Below, one piece after another: positions 27,901-42,807 of a DNA stretch of 64,000 nt. Every line of letters begins with the position of its first letter. Within the stretch, counting starts at the first letter, position 1. A program made the position numbers and the translations under genes. The DNA is from Tubulanus polymorphus (Eukaryota > Animalia > Nemertea): positions 4,053,950 to 4,117,949 of the forward strand of contig NC_134026.1 of the NCBI RefSeq assembly GCF_964204645.1, given 5' to 3'. The notes beneath the pieces are model-generated. The model was not told where the DNA came from. It did no database searches and was given only the letters and a program-made list of their open reading frames with translations.

Positions 27901-30698
27901 ATGCATATGTTTTTGAAATTAATATCTCTCGTTTAAAGCTTTTAACATTTCGTGGACAATTTTTTAGAAATTATCTGCACATGCCGTTAAAGAAAACGGG
28001 CAATTTTCGTTGAAAATGTATCATTGTGCGGCTGTGGTCTTTTAAAGCCCCACGCAAACGACACAAGGAAACATTCGGAAACATGGTTCTGTCCACTGTT
28101 GCCGTGTTTCCCTGCATCGTGTTTACCCGAGATTTACCCAATCAACTTTTCAGCACGAAATTCATGGAATTTATGAATACATACTTTCTAATGAAATATG
28201 ATCTTTTCTGAAATTTTCTTAACTCGTGAATTGAAAATATTTGCAAATGATTTTAATGAATTGCACGACTATTTACACGTGGAAAACGACCAATTCCGTA
28301 GATTTGACTGCCGATCACACGAATATATCTGTACTTGTAAGGGACACCAAATCAAACCAAATCAAACGAAATCTACCACCAATCAAATGAATAGCTTGGT
28401 CAATCCATATAATATTTTAAGATGCAAGAAAGATACAAAAGTATCTCACCGCTCGAGAGGTCGAGTTACTTCACGAGACAATGAAGTAGCGCGCCTACAC
28501 GAGGATATATATCGAGAATATTCTTCCGTGTCGACTGTTGCCACAACTCGGATGGCATCGTTGTACGCATTCATATTCCTTTAGGCAATTAATAACCACG
28601 TGTATGATGCCTTCTCACCGGGGATCAAAGGGTAACATTCTTGGTTAGGTTTATCGTTAGGGTAACCTATGACAAAGTTCGGACTATGATTCCTGCCAAT
28701 ATTTGTTGACCACGCATCTGTCGGAAGTAACATATTTCTTGACTTGTTTTCCATTTTCTAGCGTGTGACAGTTCCGACTTTGATGCGTCCCGTTATTAGA
28801 AAATGTTGCTTGTCACTCACATCTATATATGCACGATATCGCTCGTATCTGATATAAACATGATTCGCATACTAGAAATTGTCAGGTACGTATTCCGTTC
28901 ACCCAGTCCTGGCAGTGTGGCTGTCTCCACAGTGTATCTACGTTGCTCTACGATCCTGTGTAACCACCATCTGTGGTACATCAGACACTAAGGTTCTTGG
29001 TGAAGTATTCCGATGCCTCGGCCAAATCTGACTTATCCCTTGGACCGAATTCAATACCATTCAAGAGGTCACACATAAATGACGTCACGCCACTTCCGCT
29101 GAATGTGGACGTACCGCGTAGTACAGCATTGGCTATAGAAATGCGGTATTGATTAATATAACGAGAAAAAAATGTCGGTAGAATTTGAGAAATCTAGCTG
29201 TGAGCGGGTGCACAAATAATAAGTGTAATGTAAGTTATATACACATACCAGAATAATATTACGTAAAATAGACACGAATAAAATGAAACGGAATATTAGT
29301 CTCAGTAGACATTATGCATCATTACATGTATATCTAGACGCGTGCAAGCATATACGCTGAACTCATCAACCCAGCTAATGTTTCGCTTTTTACACCAATT
29401 AGTGACGCCCAATAATCCCGTTGGCATTCTTCAAACAATCTGGAAGTAATATCCATCTCGCCTAGCAATATAAGTCCATCAAGAGAGTGGGCTGATTGCG
29501 AACATATTTACATTGTCGGTATGAAAAAGTGGTAGACCCCTTCTGTATTATATACTAGCTGTACCTAGATTATTCTCGCGTCGATGATAAATTTGTCGAT
29601 TGTTTGCGAAAAATGATTTACGCTACTGGAACCTAAAAATCAAGCTATGACTACTTGACTCATCCACTCGAATGCAACTGGATGGCTCGTTAAACTAGGT
29701 GGGCATAGAACGACCAGGTGTGTATCGGTGAGATTGGGATCTGTCCAGCGCTGATTTGTATATAATATAAGAATTCTAAAAGTGAAGGTTATTTTTCGCT
29801 AGATCCCTACACTTGCTTAGTATCGAAGCTCTGTTGTCCGTGGCGATTAGTTGATTTGTAGTATCCATATCTCCATTGCATCATTTTCTTGTCAACTTAT
29901 CCGGATTCCTGAGCGAGTGTCATGCCATTATGCCGAGTATTAATTAGAAATGAAGTTGTCTAAATTTCCTGCGTCATGTAATTCACAACGAAAGCTTCAA
30001 TTGACCTCGAGTCAGTAGTTGGTCGTATTGGTTGTCGCAGTGTTTGGCCTTCGTGTGTCAGCCATCGTTAGCCAGGATTTTCCGCAATATCGCTTTTGGT
30101 CACTTCGTCGTCGAAGTGAGCCTAGTATTATTGACCGTAATTGTGAACATGGAAAGAAAGGAGGGAATTATGGATTCGGGGTTTACAACAAGTTCACATT
30201 ATGGATGGCCTTTTTCTCAAAAGCAATTTTTCATGGATCCCATGTTTCATTGGCCGATTTCATTAGGGGATCGTGCACTTGTTGACTCGAATCTTTAAAC
30301 GATGTCTAAATCCAACGTCGACTACTCAGCCGAATGAAAGCTATTGTGTTTTCCAGTTTAATCTTACCCAGACACTTCAGTGGCAACGATGGACAAACAC
30401 ACAGTCTCACTTAACGTTGCTTGTCTTTGTTTGTCTTTTGTGTGCCTTGTAATCCTGAAAGCATGATATGATACCGCCTTGTATTCGGTCTTTTTAATTA
30501 ACTCGCTAAAACATTCTTCAAAGCCGTCTCAAGTGACTGTAATAAGATTATTCGCGCTTATTATATCTACTATCATCTGTTGTGGTTTACACGACCCATT
30601 ATCCATTATTCCGGCGATAAAAAATTCATCGTGGTATAGGCGTCCCCTAGTATTACGGAAGCAATAAGGGGCCTCTAGTTGTCGCGTGCCAACATCGT

Positions 30699-31002
30699 GC
30701 GTGCTGACAATATGTCGACATATCGCGATATATCGTGTCAGGTAGACATAAATATGTTGACATCTTGCGACTTTTTGATAACTTGTTTCGTTTTGTCGAC
30801 CATTTTCCTCGTGACAAGTCGACATATGACATGACAATGAGTTTCAAGTCGTCATATTTCTGGCCTCTTTATCTTACATTTTGACGTGTCGTCAAATGTC
30901 GTTACTTCACGAGGAAAATTGTCGAAAAAACGAAGATACGTCGAAATAGTTATGTCGACTTAACGCGATATAGCGCGATATGTCGACATAATGATGGTAC
31001 GC
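30699..31002. mobile_element. Foldback/palindromic element (~300 bp) rich in GTCGAC motifs
   Basis: TATGTCGACATATCGCGATATATCG (from 30711) pairs with CGATATAGCGCGATATGTCGACATA (ending 30990). Inner arms are TTCGTTTTGTCGACCATTTTCCTCGTGA and TCACGAGGAAAATTGTCGAAAAAACGAA. Confidence 0.7.
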
Positions 31003-34000
31003 TTCCGTCCAACAATAATAATCTCGATGAAGTAGATAACTCTACGATAAGTAAAGCTTCGTTCTAAAATCAAAACGTATGAACAAATAAGGACATTTCG
31101 CAGCAGTGATTAGATTCGCTATGCCTGTCGTTTACAAGTACAACTGAGCCGTCTTAACGAAGGCGATTAACTCTCCACTTCTACAGTCGTCTATTTATGC
31201 GAAGAATAATCTAATCTTAAGCACGTAACTGGTATCGGGGCGTTAATTGAAAGGTTTGAATTACGAGTAATTACTTGCGACAGAATGACTCGTACACAGT
31301 TCGACAATATTTGACCCGCAGATTTGTTACCCCATTCTATATTTACCCAGCTGCAGTCGATGTTACCGCTGACTCCGAAAATAGAAAATAAGCCCTCGTT
31401 GACTTCTGTTACACGATACCTTACAAAACCTAACGTCATTGGTATAGCCATGTTCATGAGCCTTTTGGTAGAACATATTTGGCTACATACGAAAGCAGCA
31501 AATTATCAAAAAATAAGCTCATTGGTTGAGTCGGGGACGTTTTTTGTCCGGCTTTTTTTCTGAGTATTTCGGCTCGATATACGAAATACTTCAATCTCGT
31601 TTTTCCCGTATTTAAACGCTGATGTCGGCAACCATTTTGTTTGCTCGAGTTCGGGCCATTAGCCGACGAATGTCTTCCCGCGCAAGCTCTGCAATATCCG
31701 GATTTCTTCGCCCGTCCCTCGACGAGCTAACGGAAAATCCCATGTTTTCAACCGACAACGATGTTTATCATTCTAACGCGCCGTTTTAGATTTACATACG
31801 GCGAGTTCAGGTGTTTTTTTTGTCAAGTTCGACTGCCTCTTGCAGATGAATCGAGCGCTGTCATTGTCGCTTGTCTCTAATACGGTAATTGATTGATCAT
31901 TTCCTCGTGACACTTCTGCCATATCTATGTAAACAAACCACGATCCGGCAAAGTTTCTAAGCCTTCTTCATTCGCACCTGATCTTTTTAATTGGATTCCC
32001 GAAACGCAACGAAACTCGAAGAACGAAGAACGAAATTCTATTGGCGTGTGTTCTGTGATCCGAGCGCTTTTGAGTTCATTTGCGAAATCGCATCACGTCT
32101 GACGTACTTCATCTTTATTTGGCTTACTCAAGACATAGCCGCGCTCGAACGCTGAATCAGAAAACAATGATGAGTGCGACGAAGTAATTTGATTACTATT
32201 CCGTGAGTATGATGACGCGTTCGTATCTGGTGAGATCCGTAGTTTGTGTCGTAAACCGTGTTCAGTAATATACGTTCGTTTTGAGAATGGTAGAAATAAA
32301 TTTCCGCGCGGAGACAATTGCAATTCGAACGAGCGCGATCCGAACACGATACAAGTTTATCGGGTCATTTTTCATCCTCTCTCGTCTGCCATTTAGAAGT
32401 TGAATCGCTTGTCGGAGAAATACGATCCACAACTGAATAGTAAAACTGTAAGATCAAACGATAAGAATTTACGAAAGCAAGAAAAAATCCTGTCAAATTG
32501 GGGGATATTCATTTACCATCTATTAATGACTGAAAATACATAAGATTGTTTTGTCTTTATCATTCTTTTTACACCGAATATCTGTAGTGGATCGTCATCG
32601 ACAATTCTAAATGGTTTGAATGAAATAAATAGAATTAAATGTATTGAATCATTTTTCCATGTGAAAACTGAAACTGCCTCCTGGTGTGTTTTGATTAAAT
32701 TTTCATGATCTTTATTATCATGACTTTCAAATTTGATATTCTATACATCACAATATCATGTGATAAGTAATCAGGTAAAATATTTGATACTCAATATCCG
32801 AAATTGAAGTGCGGCTATAGTATCATTAGACATAACCTGGCTTTAATGCTAATAAAGGTAGTGCTGTCATCTTCGCCAACAGCTCAACTTACTGGAAAAA
32901 TGCTACCGTGATTTCCGCAGTGGTCTTCAATATCGAGGCATACACTTGACGTAAAAGGAGAAGAAAAAATAACAAATCGAGAAAACAACTGCTGAATATT
33001 ATTCTACGCACACCATTCACCGGTCTCGAGTTACGAGTTGTTTATCCTTTCGGTGAGCACCGGGATAAAACCTGCGCCAATCTATCGCCAAGCTAGTCCA
33101 TAAAATTGTTATCTGAAACTCCAGTAGTGCTTAGTTGGCCGGACATAATGGATACCAGTGGATAATCACAGAGAATCTGTTTTTGGTCTCGTGTTATCAC
33201 GTTGTCTGGCCAATGTGACGCAGCTACCGTATTTCTCTCTATAGGGAAATCAATTTTGTAATCTCGCCGGCAATGTACGGGCATTTTGGTCGATTAGAGC
33301 GTTTTTTCGTGTGGTGTCTGATAGTCCATAATTGCCCAGATTAGCCGCCCGGGAAAAAACATTAACAAGAAACGAACTTGTCAGGCGTTATTGAAGTTTG
33401 CGGACTAAGCAGACCGTTGCCCGGTATAGGTTGAGCGTGGTTGTTTTTTTTTTTTGGTGCGCCATGGTTAGTCGCATTCCGTGGAATATCGCTCACTTTT
33501 TGTAGTGTCCCGGTGGACCGATAAAAAACAAGAAATAGTAATAATCTGGTTGCGGGAAAACCTCTGATGAATGACAAAATGAATTAAATATGCGTTAGAA
33601 ATTACGTTTTACAGATACATCAATCGGATGATAAAACTGCATTCCAATCAGCGATAGTGCGCTGTACAAAATGCAAAATGCCATCGATGATACCAATTTC
33701 ATCGGAACTATACAGACATCAGATAGCTTGCAGGGAATTTTTTTTTATTATAAGCTCGAATGAACTTTTCATGAATATTTCTGGCGTAGGACGTACACCG
33801 GATTTTTGACGCTGCAATGCGCAATTTTAAACGACCTAGCCAATCTAGTTTTATTTAATCAATTCATGAAACCAAAAACCTTTATATCCACGGACCGGGA
33901 ACCGGACGATGCGATGTTTAATTTTTGCTACTCGAACGCGCCATGTTTGCTCTCAATTCGTGGAACAATTTATCACGGGTGCTGGCTAACGAAAGATAAG

Positions 34001-34289
34001 GGGATATCCGGATTTCGGTCGATTTAACGGGAAGAGGAAGCGAAAAGGCTAGCGCGCAATTTACGTAAGATCGTTTTCTTCGAGCAGTTCGATGATTGAT
34101 GCACGCATGTCCCGACCAAACTGGCGCCCGCTTCGGCTGTATTCAAAACCATAAAATCACTGGGTAGAATTATACTTATCACGCACAAGTTATTGGATCG
34201 TATTAATTTTCGGGACGCGCGTAGTGTTGTTAGCGCGCCTCGATCGACCATTTGCGGAATCTTTCTTCACGCTCGTATCTTTGTATCAT

Positions 34290-34471
34290 AGCCCAACGCG
34301 CTCGACGCAGGGAAACACGGAAATACGGAAACAGCAGACAGAAACATGTTTCCGAGTGTTTCCCCGTGTCGTGCGCGTTTACGAGTAACGTAGTTTAGGG
34401 TACAGCGTTTCCCAGATGAAACAGGTGTGTTTCCGTGTTAGTGTGATTCCCTGCGTCGCGCGCGTTGGGCT
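34290..34471. mobile_element. Small MITE (182 bp) with ~24-bp TIRs
   Basis: AGCCCAACGCGCTCGACGCAGGGA versus TCCCTGCGTCGCGCGCGTTGGGCT (one mismatch); internal GGAAAC/GTTTCC repeats; TSD not clear. Confidence 0.7.
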
Positions 34472-34967
34472 TGTCGAATTGAAATTTTCAACGCATTCAA
34501 TACACGCCGACGATTGGTAACCGAGGAATTTTCTTTATTAAAAAAAACCTATAACGACGTCGGTTCGAATTTAATGCGTTCGGTGGCAATTAAATGAGGC
34601 ACCTGCCGTGACTTGTTATAACTAGCCCGACGATATCTGTATAGAATATCATCTTAATTTAGTCTAGGCCTATTTCTATACGCGACACCTGCTAGCTTTA
34701 ATTCCAGCATTTATCTCGGGTGTTTTGCGAGCGGCGCTCTAGTCGCCCCGTTGGCAGTGACAAACGAATTTACATATCAAAGTGACATCGAATACGAATG
34801 GCATCCATTTAGCTGGTTTGAAAATGAATTATTTGAAATGAGTTATCAGAAGATCTGCAATAAACGGCACTAAAAAGCGCGATGGAGGGATTATTAGATT
34901 TGTCGCCACAGTGCTCGACGGATGATAGAATCGAGCAAAACGCTTCCTGATGCTGAATCGTAGTATC

Positions 34968-35035
34968 CCGCCGTCCTTCGCACGGATTCGAATCGGGTAC
35001 CGTTGAGACCTCGTGACCGGGCGCTTTGAACATCA
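34968..35035 (-). mobile_element. Degenerate tRNA-like SINE head
   Basis: Minus strand gttcaaagcgcccggtcacgaggtctcaacggtacccGATTCGAATCCgtgcgaagg resembles a decayed tRNA-derived head with a B-box. Confidence 0.3.
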
Positions 35036-38000
35036 ACCGTAATCAGATATCGCATTTAGTCACAATTTTTACTGCACAGTAAAATATAGTTGAATGGATT
35101 TTCACGTTTTTTTTTACGAATTGATTTTTGAATGGGGTTTTGTTTGATAGGAGATGGCTTCAGGGAATATTACGCCAGTGCCCTCCACACTCATCGGACA
35201 TTTTCGATAAAACGCCGAGGTTACCCTTCTTTGTCAGCGGAAATTCCGCTCAGAATGATTTTACGATGAATTCACAATGAGTTGCGAACCCCTAAAGACA
35301 CCTACGGGCGCGACGCGGCCTCCGATCGAATCCCTGTCGGTGGCGTTAGAGACCGGGCGCCCACACATACACAAATAGAATATCATAGGTTATTTAAGAA
35401 CTTCAATTTTTTTTTCTAGTTTATTTAGATTCAACGATGATCTATTGATCGACTCTGATTTTAAACTGTCCGTTCATTTTGTTCCATGCGATATAATTTC
35501 GTACATGTCTAAAGAAACGTCTCCTCATATTCTGCCAAAATCTAACGTTACCCAACCACCTCAATACCCCTTCAGATGATTTAACGATGATCGACACTCA
35601 TACCGTGTATAGCGGTAATGCTTATTTGAAAGTTCTGAAATACTGTCCTCGGGCTTATCTCGTTGATGTCGACGCGATTTCCTCTCGATTGTAGAATTCA
35701 TTTCTACCTTTCCGGAGTGCTCGGGTTAAGGATGTAGAATTACCTCTTCCGTTGAGCGACTCTTCGGAGGAAATACTACCGCTTATTTGCTGATATTCAC
35801 CGGGGTCCAACCGTTCACTATTAATCAACGAATCTTTTTTGCTGATCTCGTCCGTGGCGCAGTCCTCGATTTTCATTATCTCTTATGCGTGCGATGTTCC
35901 CAAAATGGACATGGATTGATTACTCAAAGTGCTCTGAGGAGTATTCTTTTATTAATATCTTTAACATGCGCAATATTCCCACACAAATGGACATTCTGTG
36001 GATTACTCTTTCTTAGGATATCCATGGATTACTACTATCTTATCTCTAGTAATTTTCTTCTCATGACTGTCTTATGGAAAAAACGTATATATTCGTATTT
36101 TCCGGGGAAATTGACATACGCGATATAAGATTCCGGAATTCAACTGCGACAGTTCCTCTTATCCAGACAAATGGTTGTTTCGTTTGGTCGTCGTCTTCTT
36201 TAGATGGGCCAATGAAATAATAGATAAATCGGAAATTGAGTGCGCCAGCTTTTTGCGTTGCTTATTCTTCGTGATTAAATGATTAGATCGATCGAAATAA
36301 CCTGTAAGATTAGCCGGGAATTGTCATGTCGACAATGCTTAACTGTCAATCAAATAACGCACGTTGACACTGAAAAAAATCCCATTTCATGTAGGAAAAT
36401 CATATCATGCATGGTGGGACATACAGTGTTTACGTGAGGAAATATTGCGTGAGTCAGGAAATGATTCGGAATCATTTTTTCTATGGCGAATTACCATTTA
36501 ATCTCAAGTCTCTGCGGGTATGTTTACCCGGTGTTACCGGTATGATTGTTCAGAAACTGGCTTACCCAGGCGTATTTCTTTTTTCCGGTGCAAATGTCTT
36601 GTTCGCTTAACGTATGGAGAGTATAACGAAGTTTGCCGTGCCCTGTATCCTAGTGATAGTGATCACGGATTAGATAAACTGTTGTATTCGGAGGTTCTTG
36701 AGATAGTTTTGTCGAATTCAAATTTAATCTTTATTCAATTAAAACGTAAATAACCCTTGAACCCGACATTCAAAGTTTCATAGAAATAAACAGCAGTTTT
36801 AAAATTAATCAATATAAATACACTTTAAAATAATACTGATGTTAGGTCATACATACTTTTGTATATTTCAGCAGATCGAATGCTCAGTATATTTCACATT
36901 TAATGGAGTGATTAAGTTTTAGAAAATTCCAATTTAGGTCAAGAAACTTACTTTTCTATGCGTAGATCTATAACAAGAATATGTATTGTCATCGTAAGAT
37001 TATTCACTAGTCATCTGCAAAATCAGTAATTCTCTGACTAATTGAATCATATTACCATCTATAACCTAACGCTATCTAATACACGTCGTGCCGCAATCCG
37101 TTGAGAGACGCCGACTAATTATGGACAGAACGAATAAGAAATATTTCTGACAGCCTAATTTACTACACATTTTAGTTTGATGTACTGGTACTCAGCGGCT
37201 GTATGTATCTTAACGGTTGTGCCCTGTAGTTGGGATGGTCAGTAAAGACTCGAGCTCACAATAGTAATCGTATGAGAATTTTTTCTATGTTCGTTGTCGC
37301 TTCCACATGTGTAGACGGTTTTCCAAGAAATGTCCGCGAGAATAATCGCAATTTATAGAAAAAAGTGTACTAAACGCACGCTTTTTCCTATGATGACACA
37401 TCCGTATTTCAAGATACAAGCGAATTGACGACTGCCCGCTTTAGTGTCATTATCAAAAACATTGTTGGTTACATCTAGACGTAGTTGAACTCTTATCTTG
37501 TGGTCCGTGCATCTGAAAAGAAAATTTACCACACGTATGGTAATAATCAAGCATCGGTTCCATCTCCGTTGTATCATGTTGCCTTGCGGCCCTAATCAAC
37601 TTCTTCCTAAACAATTTGATCAGGAAAATTTCATTATCTTCGTGTTTCTTATTCACGACGTCTGCGGACGCCGAGCCGCTCTCGAGGTATCCGCCACATA
37701 TCATCGCGTCTCATCTTCAATCGAGAGTCGACAAAAACAACAGAATTTCATGCAGGTTCACTTTACGAACAAAAAGCAATTATCTAAATTTCCCATTCCT
37801 TTCGCTTCAAATAATAAATAGAACACCGTCGTGTTGATAATTATCTTAATTAATTCTGTCGCAGGGATAAGATTTTATTATGTTCGGTAAGAAATTATTT
37901 ACGACGAATACCGTCGCGTAATATTTTTTTCGTCTCTGCTAACGTGGAATGATACACCCGGTGTGGTTTTCATTCAAACCAGGCGCCCCGCTGCCTCTAA

Positions 38001-39799
38001 TCGCGAGCTTATTAATTCTTTAAGTCCTAGTCACATTTTACGTCTAAACAACGTACAAACAATGGCGCTAAGGTGCGTCGAGCTTTCCCGAGATTCAAAG
38101 GCTCGTCATATCTTCGACGATTTTGAATAAACGTATCGTTTATCTGCGTCCCGATATGAGAAATCCGTGCACATAAATGGGGCTTAATTTCAACGGTATA
38201 TTCTCTCGGTGTTGCTTAAAAGGAAATTCGAGAGCTTTCCTACGGGTTATCTTTAGTGCCGATGCTATTAAATTACGTCGTTTATTTACTCGGGTGATTA
38301 GGAACTGCGAAAATATATCAGGCGACGTCAAGCTAACTCACCTAAACACTTAACATTCGATGACTCAACAAATTATGCGTCCCTCAGTAAAAGAGCCACT
38401 GGAAAAATGTCGGAGCATGCCGCGGTAAATGGTAGCTATGAAGTGACAAACAAATAGACATTTATTACTTACCAAATATTATTAACCGATTTTCTTGATA
38501 CTAAAGTTACGAAGGGCGATGGTTCGTATTATTCAAGTGTTCTTCGTTGTGACTGGTCGATAGGATGAAATAACTCGATCGTATTTCAGCCAATAACTAA
38601 TCGTTTTGCTTATACAACAACGCTTCTTCCTGTCCAAAATGGTTATTCCGTGATCGTGAATTCGACGTTAGTAAATTGAATTTTGCACCGCCCGGAAACT
38701 AATCAAGATACTAATTTGCAATTCATAGGATGTCGAAGCCGTTTTACGCAATATTTTTAATAGATTCTTTTTTATAAACAAACTTTACGCCCAAATGCAT
38801 GAATGGATGTCATTTTGACATGAGAAATTTATCAATGAATAAGAATAAGCTGGAGTTCGCTTGCCAGTGGCGATATTTACATATTCCGTCGGATCATATT
38901 CCTCCTGAATAATCGGGAATAATTCGAAATTCAGGGGAACGAACTGTCGAGTTGGTCGCTTGTTAAATCCGTGAATTTTTTCGCGATTAAATTGGCCAGG
39001 TCGTAATTGTGGTTCTCCTAATTTGCGATATCGATAATCGATGCTATGAACAAATAAGTATATTATCAACGTAAAACAAGTCATTAATGATGTATAACTG
39101 TGAAGGGAAATATTGATTATGTATAACGTATTTAATGGTCGAATAGCAGAAATTACTTCCTATTTCGAAAACATATATGTTTCTTTCTCAGACATACACT
39201 ACTCTCAGCTTTTTCATTCGACGTCAATACAAGATTCTTTTTCTGGTTGTATATATTTCAGATATAATTGAGGAAATTCATCCTATTGAACAGTCGTTGG
39301 TAAGTAGATCTCAGATTTTCTGTAACCCGCGTCTTAATGCGCTTTAGATGTCCCAGTGACCGTATTAAGATATTCGCAACTGTCACTATTGAGCGACTAG
39401 AGTGGAGAACTTTGCAGCGTTGAAAATGCCTTATAGTTCAATTTATACCCACAGTCATCAATTATTGAGAAGAATTTTTTAATATCTCGATGTCACGGAT
39501 TAGAATATCGACGAGGAAGTCTTTCTGCGTTTTTCTGTCAAAGCATCGTTAGAAGTTTTCTGTCTTTCCCCGTGAAACATTGTTAATCTCAGGCCATTAC
39601 GAATAAAGCCCCGGGTAAAGACATGGTGTTGTTTTATCTCCCGAAAGTCGTACGTAATTCCCCCATGTGGCTCCGTCGTTTCCTTGGAAATCATAATTTC
39701 TTAGCTGTAATCGCCGGATAAATTTAATATAACAACCGACTCCGACGCTGGTTACTAGGTGATTAAGGCTTTGGTGCAGAGTCGTCAATTAAAATATGA

Positions 39800-40480
39800 T
39801 GGATCCTTTAGAATTTCGCTTGCAGTCGTTTGGAATATATTATACAGCCTGCTCTCTCTTCAAATATTTCCTTGTACGGTTGGTGGAATATCAGCACTAA
39901 CGCGTCCCTGGCTACTTTGGTAGTGTTAATGGGGATAAGAGTCTGCAGTGCAAATGCATTGATTTTATGAGTTCACCAGTCTCACTTCAATATTTGGTAT
40001 TCGCCGAGAATGACAGCTATTCGATTACTGAGGGAATTCTCATCCTGCAGACGAGATTTGACCCAGCTGCGTCACCATCAATAGACAGTCGACTAAATGT
40101 TAGAAGAATCGTTATCCCGCTTGTGATTAAAGCAGATGTATCCTTCTAATTGGCAAGACTTTCGGGAATTTGATTTTTAGAACTTTCTCTTCTGGAACGG
40201 AGACATTTTCTCACATTTCCAATTGCTTTTGGTCAATAGTGAAAAGTTATGTCGTCATACCATGGTCCAACCGTTAGTTTATATTGGCAACTGTGATGGT
40301 ATTGAATGTGCTTAATGTTTTGTCTAAATGCTCTCCCTAAATGACACATTAGAATAATATATCTGTGAAATAGCAATCAAGATTAATCCGACACTTGAAG
40401 ACTAAAGGGAATTAAAGGTTTATTGAGACCATAATGTTTCGGCAGCGTTTCCTAACAGCCATCATGGTGGAATAGTTATC
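39800..40480 (-). mobile_element. Possible eroded L2/CR1-type ORF2 fragment
   Basis: Minus-strand PWYDD at 40251-40265 resembles the PW(F/Y) motif of the endonuclease-RT linker; weak. Confidence 0.22.
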
Positions 40481-42493
40481 TGCAAATGAAGAAAAACATG
40501 GAAAGAATTAACAATAAGCAAGCTGAATTGTTGCTATATTCTCAGATATATCGTTCGATGATATTCCATGCACAAAATGTTCTATCATTTTGTGTAATAC
40601 AGTTTACATGCGTCTGACTTTGTTGAGGTATACTTTGCGAAGATCTTACACCGACTACTTAACGGGTAATAACCAGTTTAGAGCAGGGATGTTGAGCACG
40701 TATAGCCCTTAGTGGAGTACTAACTCCATACTTAGAATCGCGATTTTAAGGGGTTCGTACTACACTCTGCCTGGGGTTAAGTTTTGCTCCGGGAACTCTT
40801 TTATATGCACATTTTCCAGTAGCTAATTCTTGGTTGCGAATGATACTATCGAGTGCTTTCATATCGAACCGGCATTTCTAGCAGGTGCGAAAAAAGAACA
40901 CACGCCAGTGTGTTTCAAAGGTATCAAACATTCTTTGCGGAAAGCGAATATCGACGACCGCGTAGCGCGGAGAAAAATAAATATATGTTTTTCATGAAAA
41001 CGGCGATAACAAATCATCAAAGGCCGAAGATCCGAGGATGGTTTGTTTTATTTACACGTATTTGTAACAGCCAACCGGCCGCGTTCGGAGCGGCGAATTG
41101 AAAAAGTTATTTGCTATGCGACGAAAAGCCAAATAAATGCCATATTGGTGGTCAACGTTTCGTATTTATTTTGAATAAACGAATCTCGTCTGAATCCGAT
41201 AATTCAATATATTAACGCACACGACACAAACAGCAGGACTTCCGCAGACTGTCGAGTTATTGGAAACATATCTGCTGTTTATATCATCGGTGATAATCAC
41301 CGACACACCACCAGGCTCCGATATCAATTGGAAATGCGGCGATGATGTATCGGCATATCGTCGCGGTATAGCTGGTGTTTTTGTGTGCTACTCCTACGAC
41401 ACAGTTCAACCACCCGCCCTCGTATTGTAGGTGATATAAGACAGCGCTTAAGATAGATGCCTTTTGAGTCGTTAAAGATAAAACCCAGTTTAAAAATTAG
41501 AGAAGAAACTATTTAACAGGCTACTACTGCTCGCTAAGCATTTTATATTTTTGAATTCATTGAGTTATTTATTCATAGAATATTTATTGTAACAGAAGAG
41601 AGGAAAATGTTCAACTGGTTAGAAACAAAGTCAACATTGAAGTGATGCATTATAAATTGTGTTCACAAGGCATTGTAATAAAGAATATATTTGTTGCGTA
41701 TTGCAATACATCGTTTAATTTATTTCATAAAATTCTGGTTTGTAGGAGCGCGTTTTTTTTTTACACGTGCATCGATTAAAATTGTTCCAAAATTGCTGAG
41801 CGAGTAATTTCAGTAATGTTGTCGTAGCATTATCGCAGTATCAATTCGTTAATGAACGCGTCGAATAGAAATTTCTGTTCGCATTCTTGACGGAACTTGG
41901 TACATAGACGTATATCCGCTAAACACATGTCGCTAGATATTGAGTGGGTTTCCGCGCTTAAGAGTCAGGTAAAAAAATATACGTCGCCACACGGCATTAT
42001 AAATGATATAACGTATATAGCCCAGACAACGTGATTAACGGCGAATTAAACATATGTTTCATGCGGCGCGAAATATTGTATAGAAAAAATCTCATGTGTC
42101 CGTCAGTTTATAAACGTTACGTACGTACGTATATATATGCGTTAACACTAGTTTTAAAAAATCGAGCTGCGTGTATTCGCCTATACTTGTAAGTATACAG
42201 TATAATATATATGATATGATGTATCTGCGGAATCTAATCGACACTACGTAATTGAAACTGCCTCGATTATCAAGTTAAATAATTTATGTAAACACGTTCG
42301 TTCCATCGACCACTGACCGATTGCCCTGTTAACGCACATGTGACGCCATATCAACGAACAAGTTTTTGACTATTAAAACCTGTTTTATCACTGTAAAGGT
42401 TATAATTTTTTTAGGTTCAATAAACCTGATTCAAAGCTAAACGTTGAAAAGTACCTGGATACCCAGGTGGTATTCTCCCTTGATGTTCATTTA

Positions 42494-42807
42494 TAGTAAT
42501 AGTAATAGTAGTTAAATTTCTAAGGCGCGATTTTTACTGTGATACAATGTTCAACGGCGCTTTCCATCAGATAAGTATCATTACCCTCCAGCCTATAACT
42601 CTAACCATTTATCAGTCATCTCTCCCTGGGGAAAGGTAACATTCGAGCAGTAACATCTAGGCGCATTGGAGTCATCTATTAGACCAGGTATACCCATTTA
42701 TCCAGGCCAAAGAGAGGCAATGAGGATAAATCTTTTTGCGCGGGGACACTACGGTAATGTACGGGCTTTCTACAGTCGAACGCTCTAACCACTCGCCCAC
42801 ACCCCTC
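42494..42807 (-). mobile_element. tRNA-headed CORE-type SINE with an L2-like 3' end; B-box apparently lost
   Basis: Minus strand reads GAGGGGTGTGGGCGAGTGGTTAGAGCGTTCGACT (A-box/D-arm-like). This is followed by a CORE-like gtgtccccgcgcaaaaagatttatcctcattgcctctct...taaatggg and a 3' aaagcgcc...gcgccttagaaat with a (TACTAT)n tail. Confidence 0.6.

Noticed and set aside
37865-37886. 22-nt AG...GTAAGA micro-exon candidate
   Set aside because: Weak pyrimidine tract; such matches are expected by chance in 49 kb.
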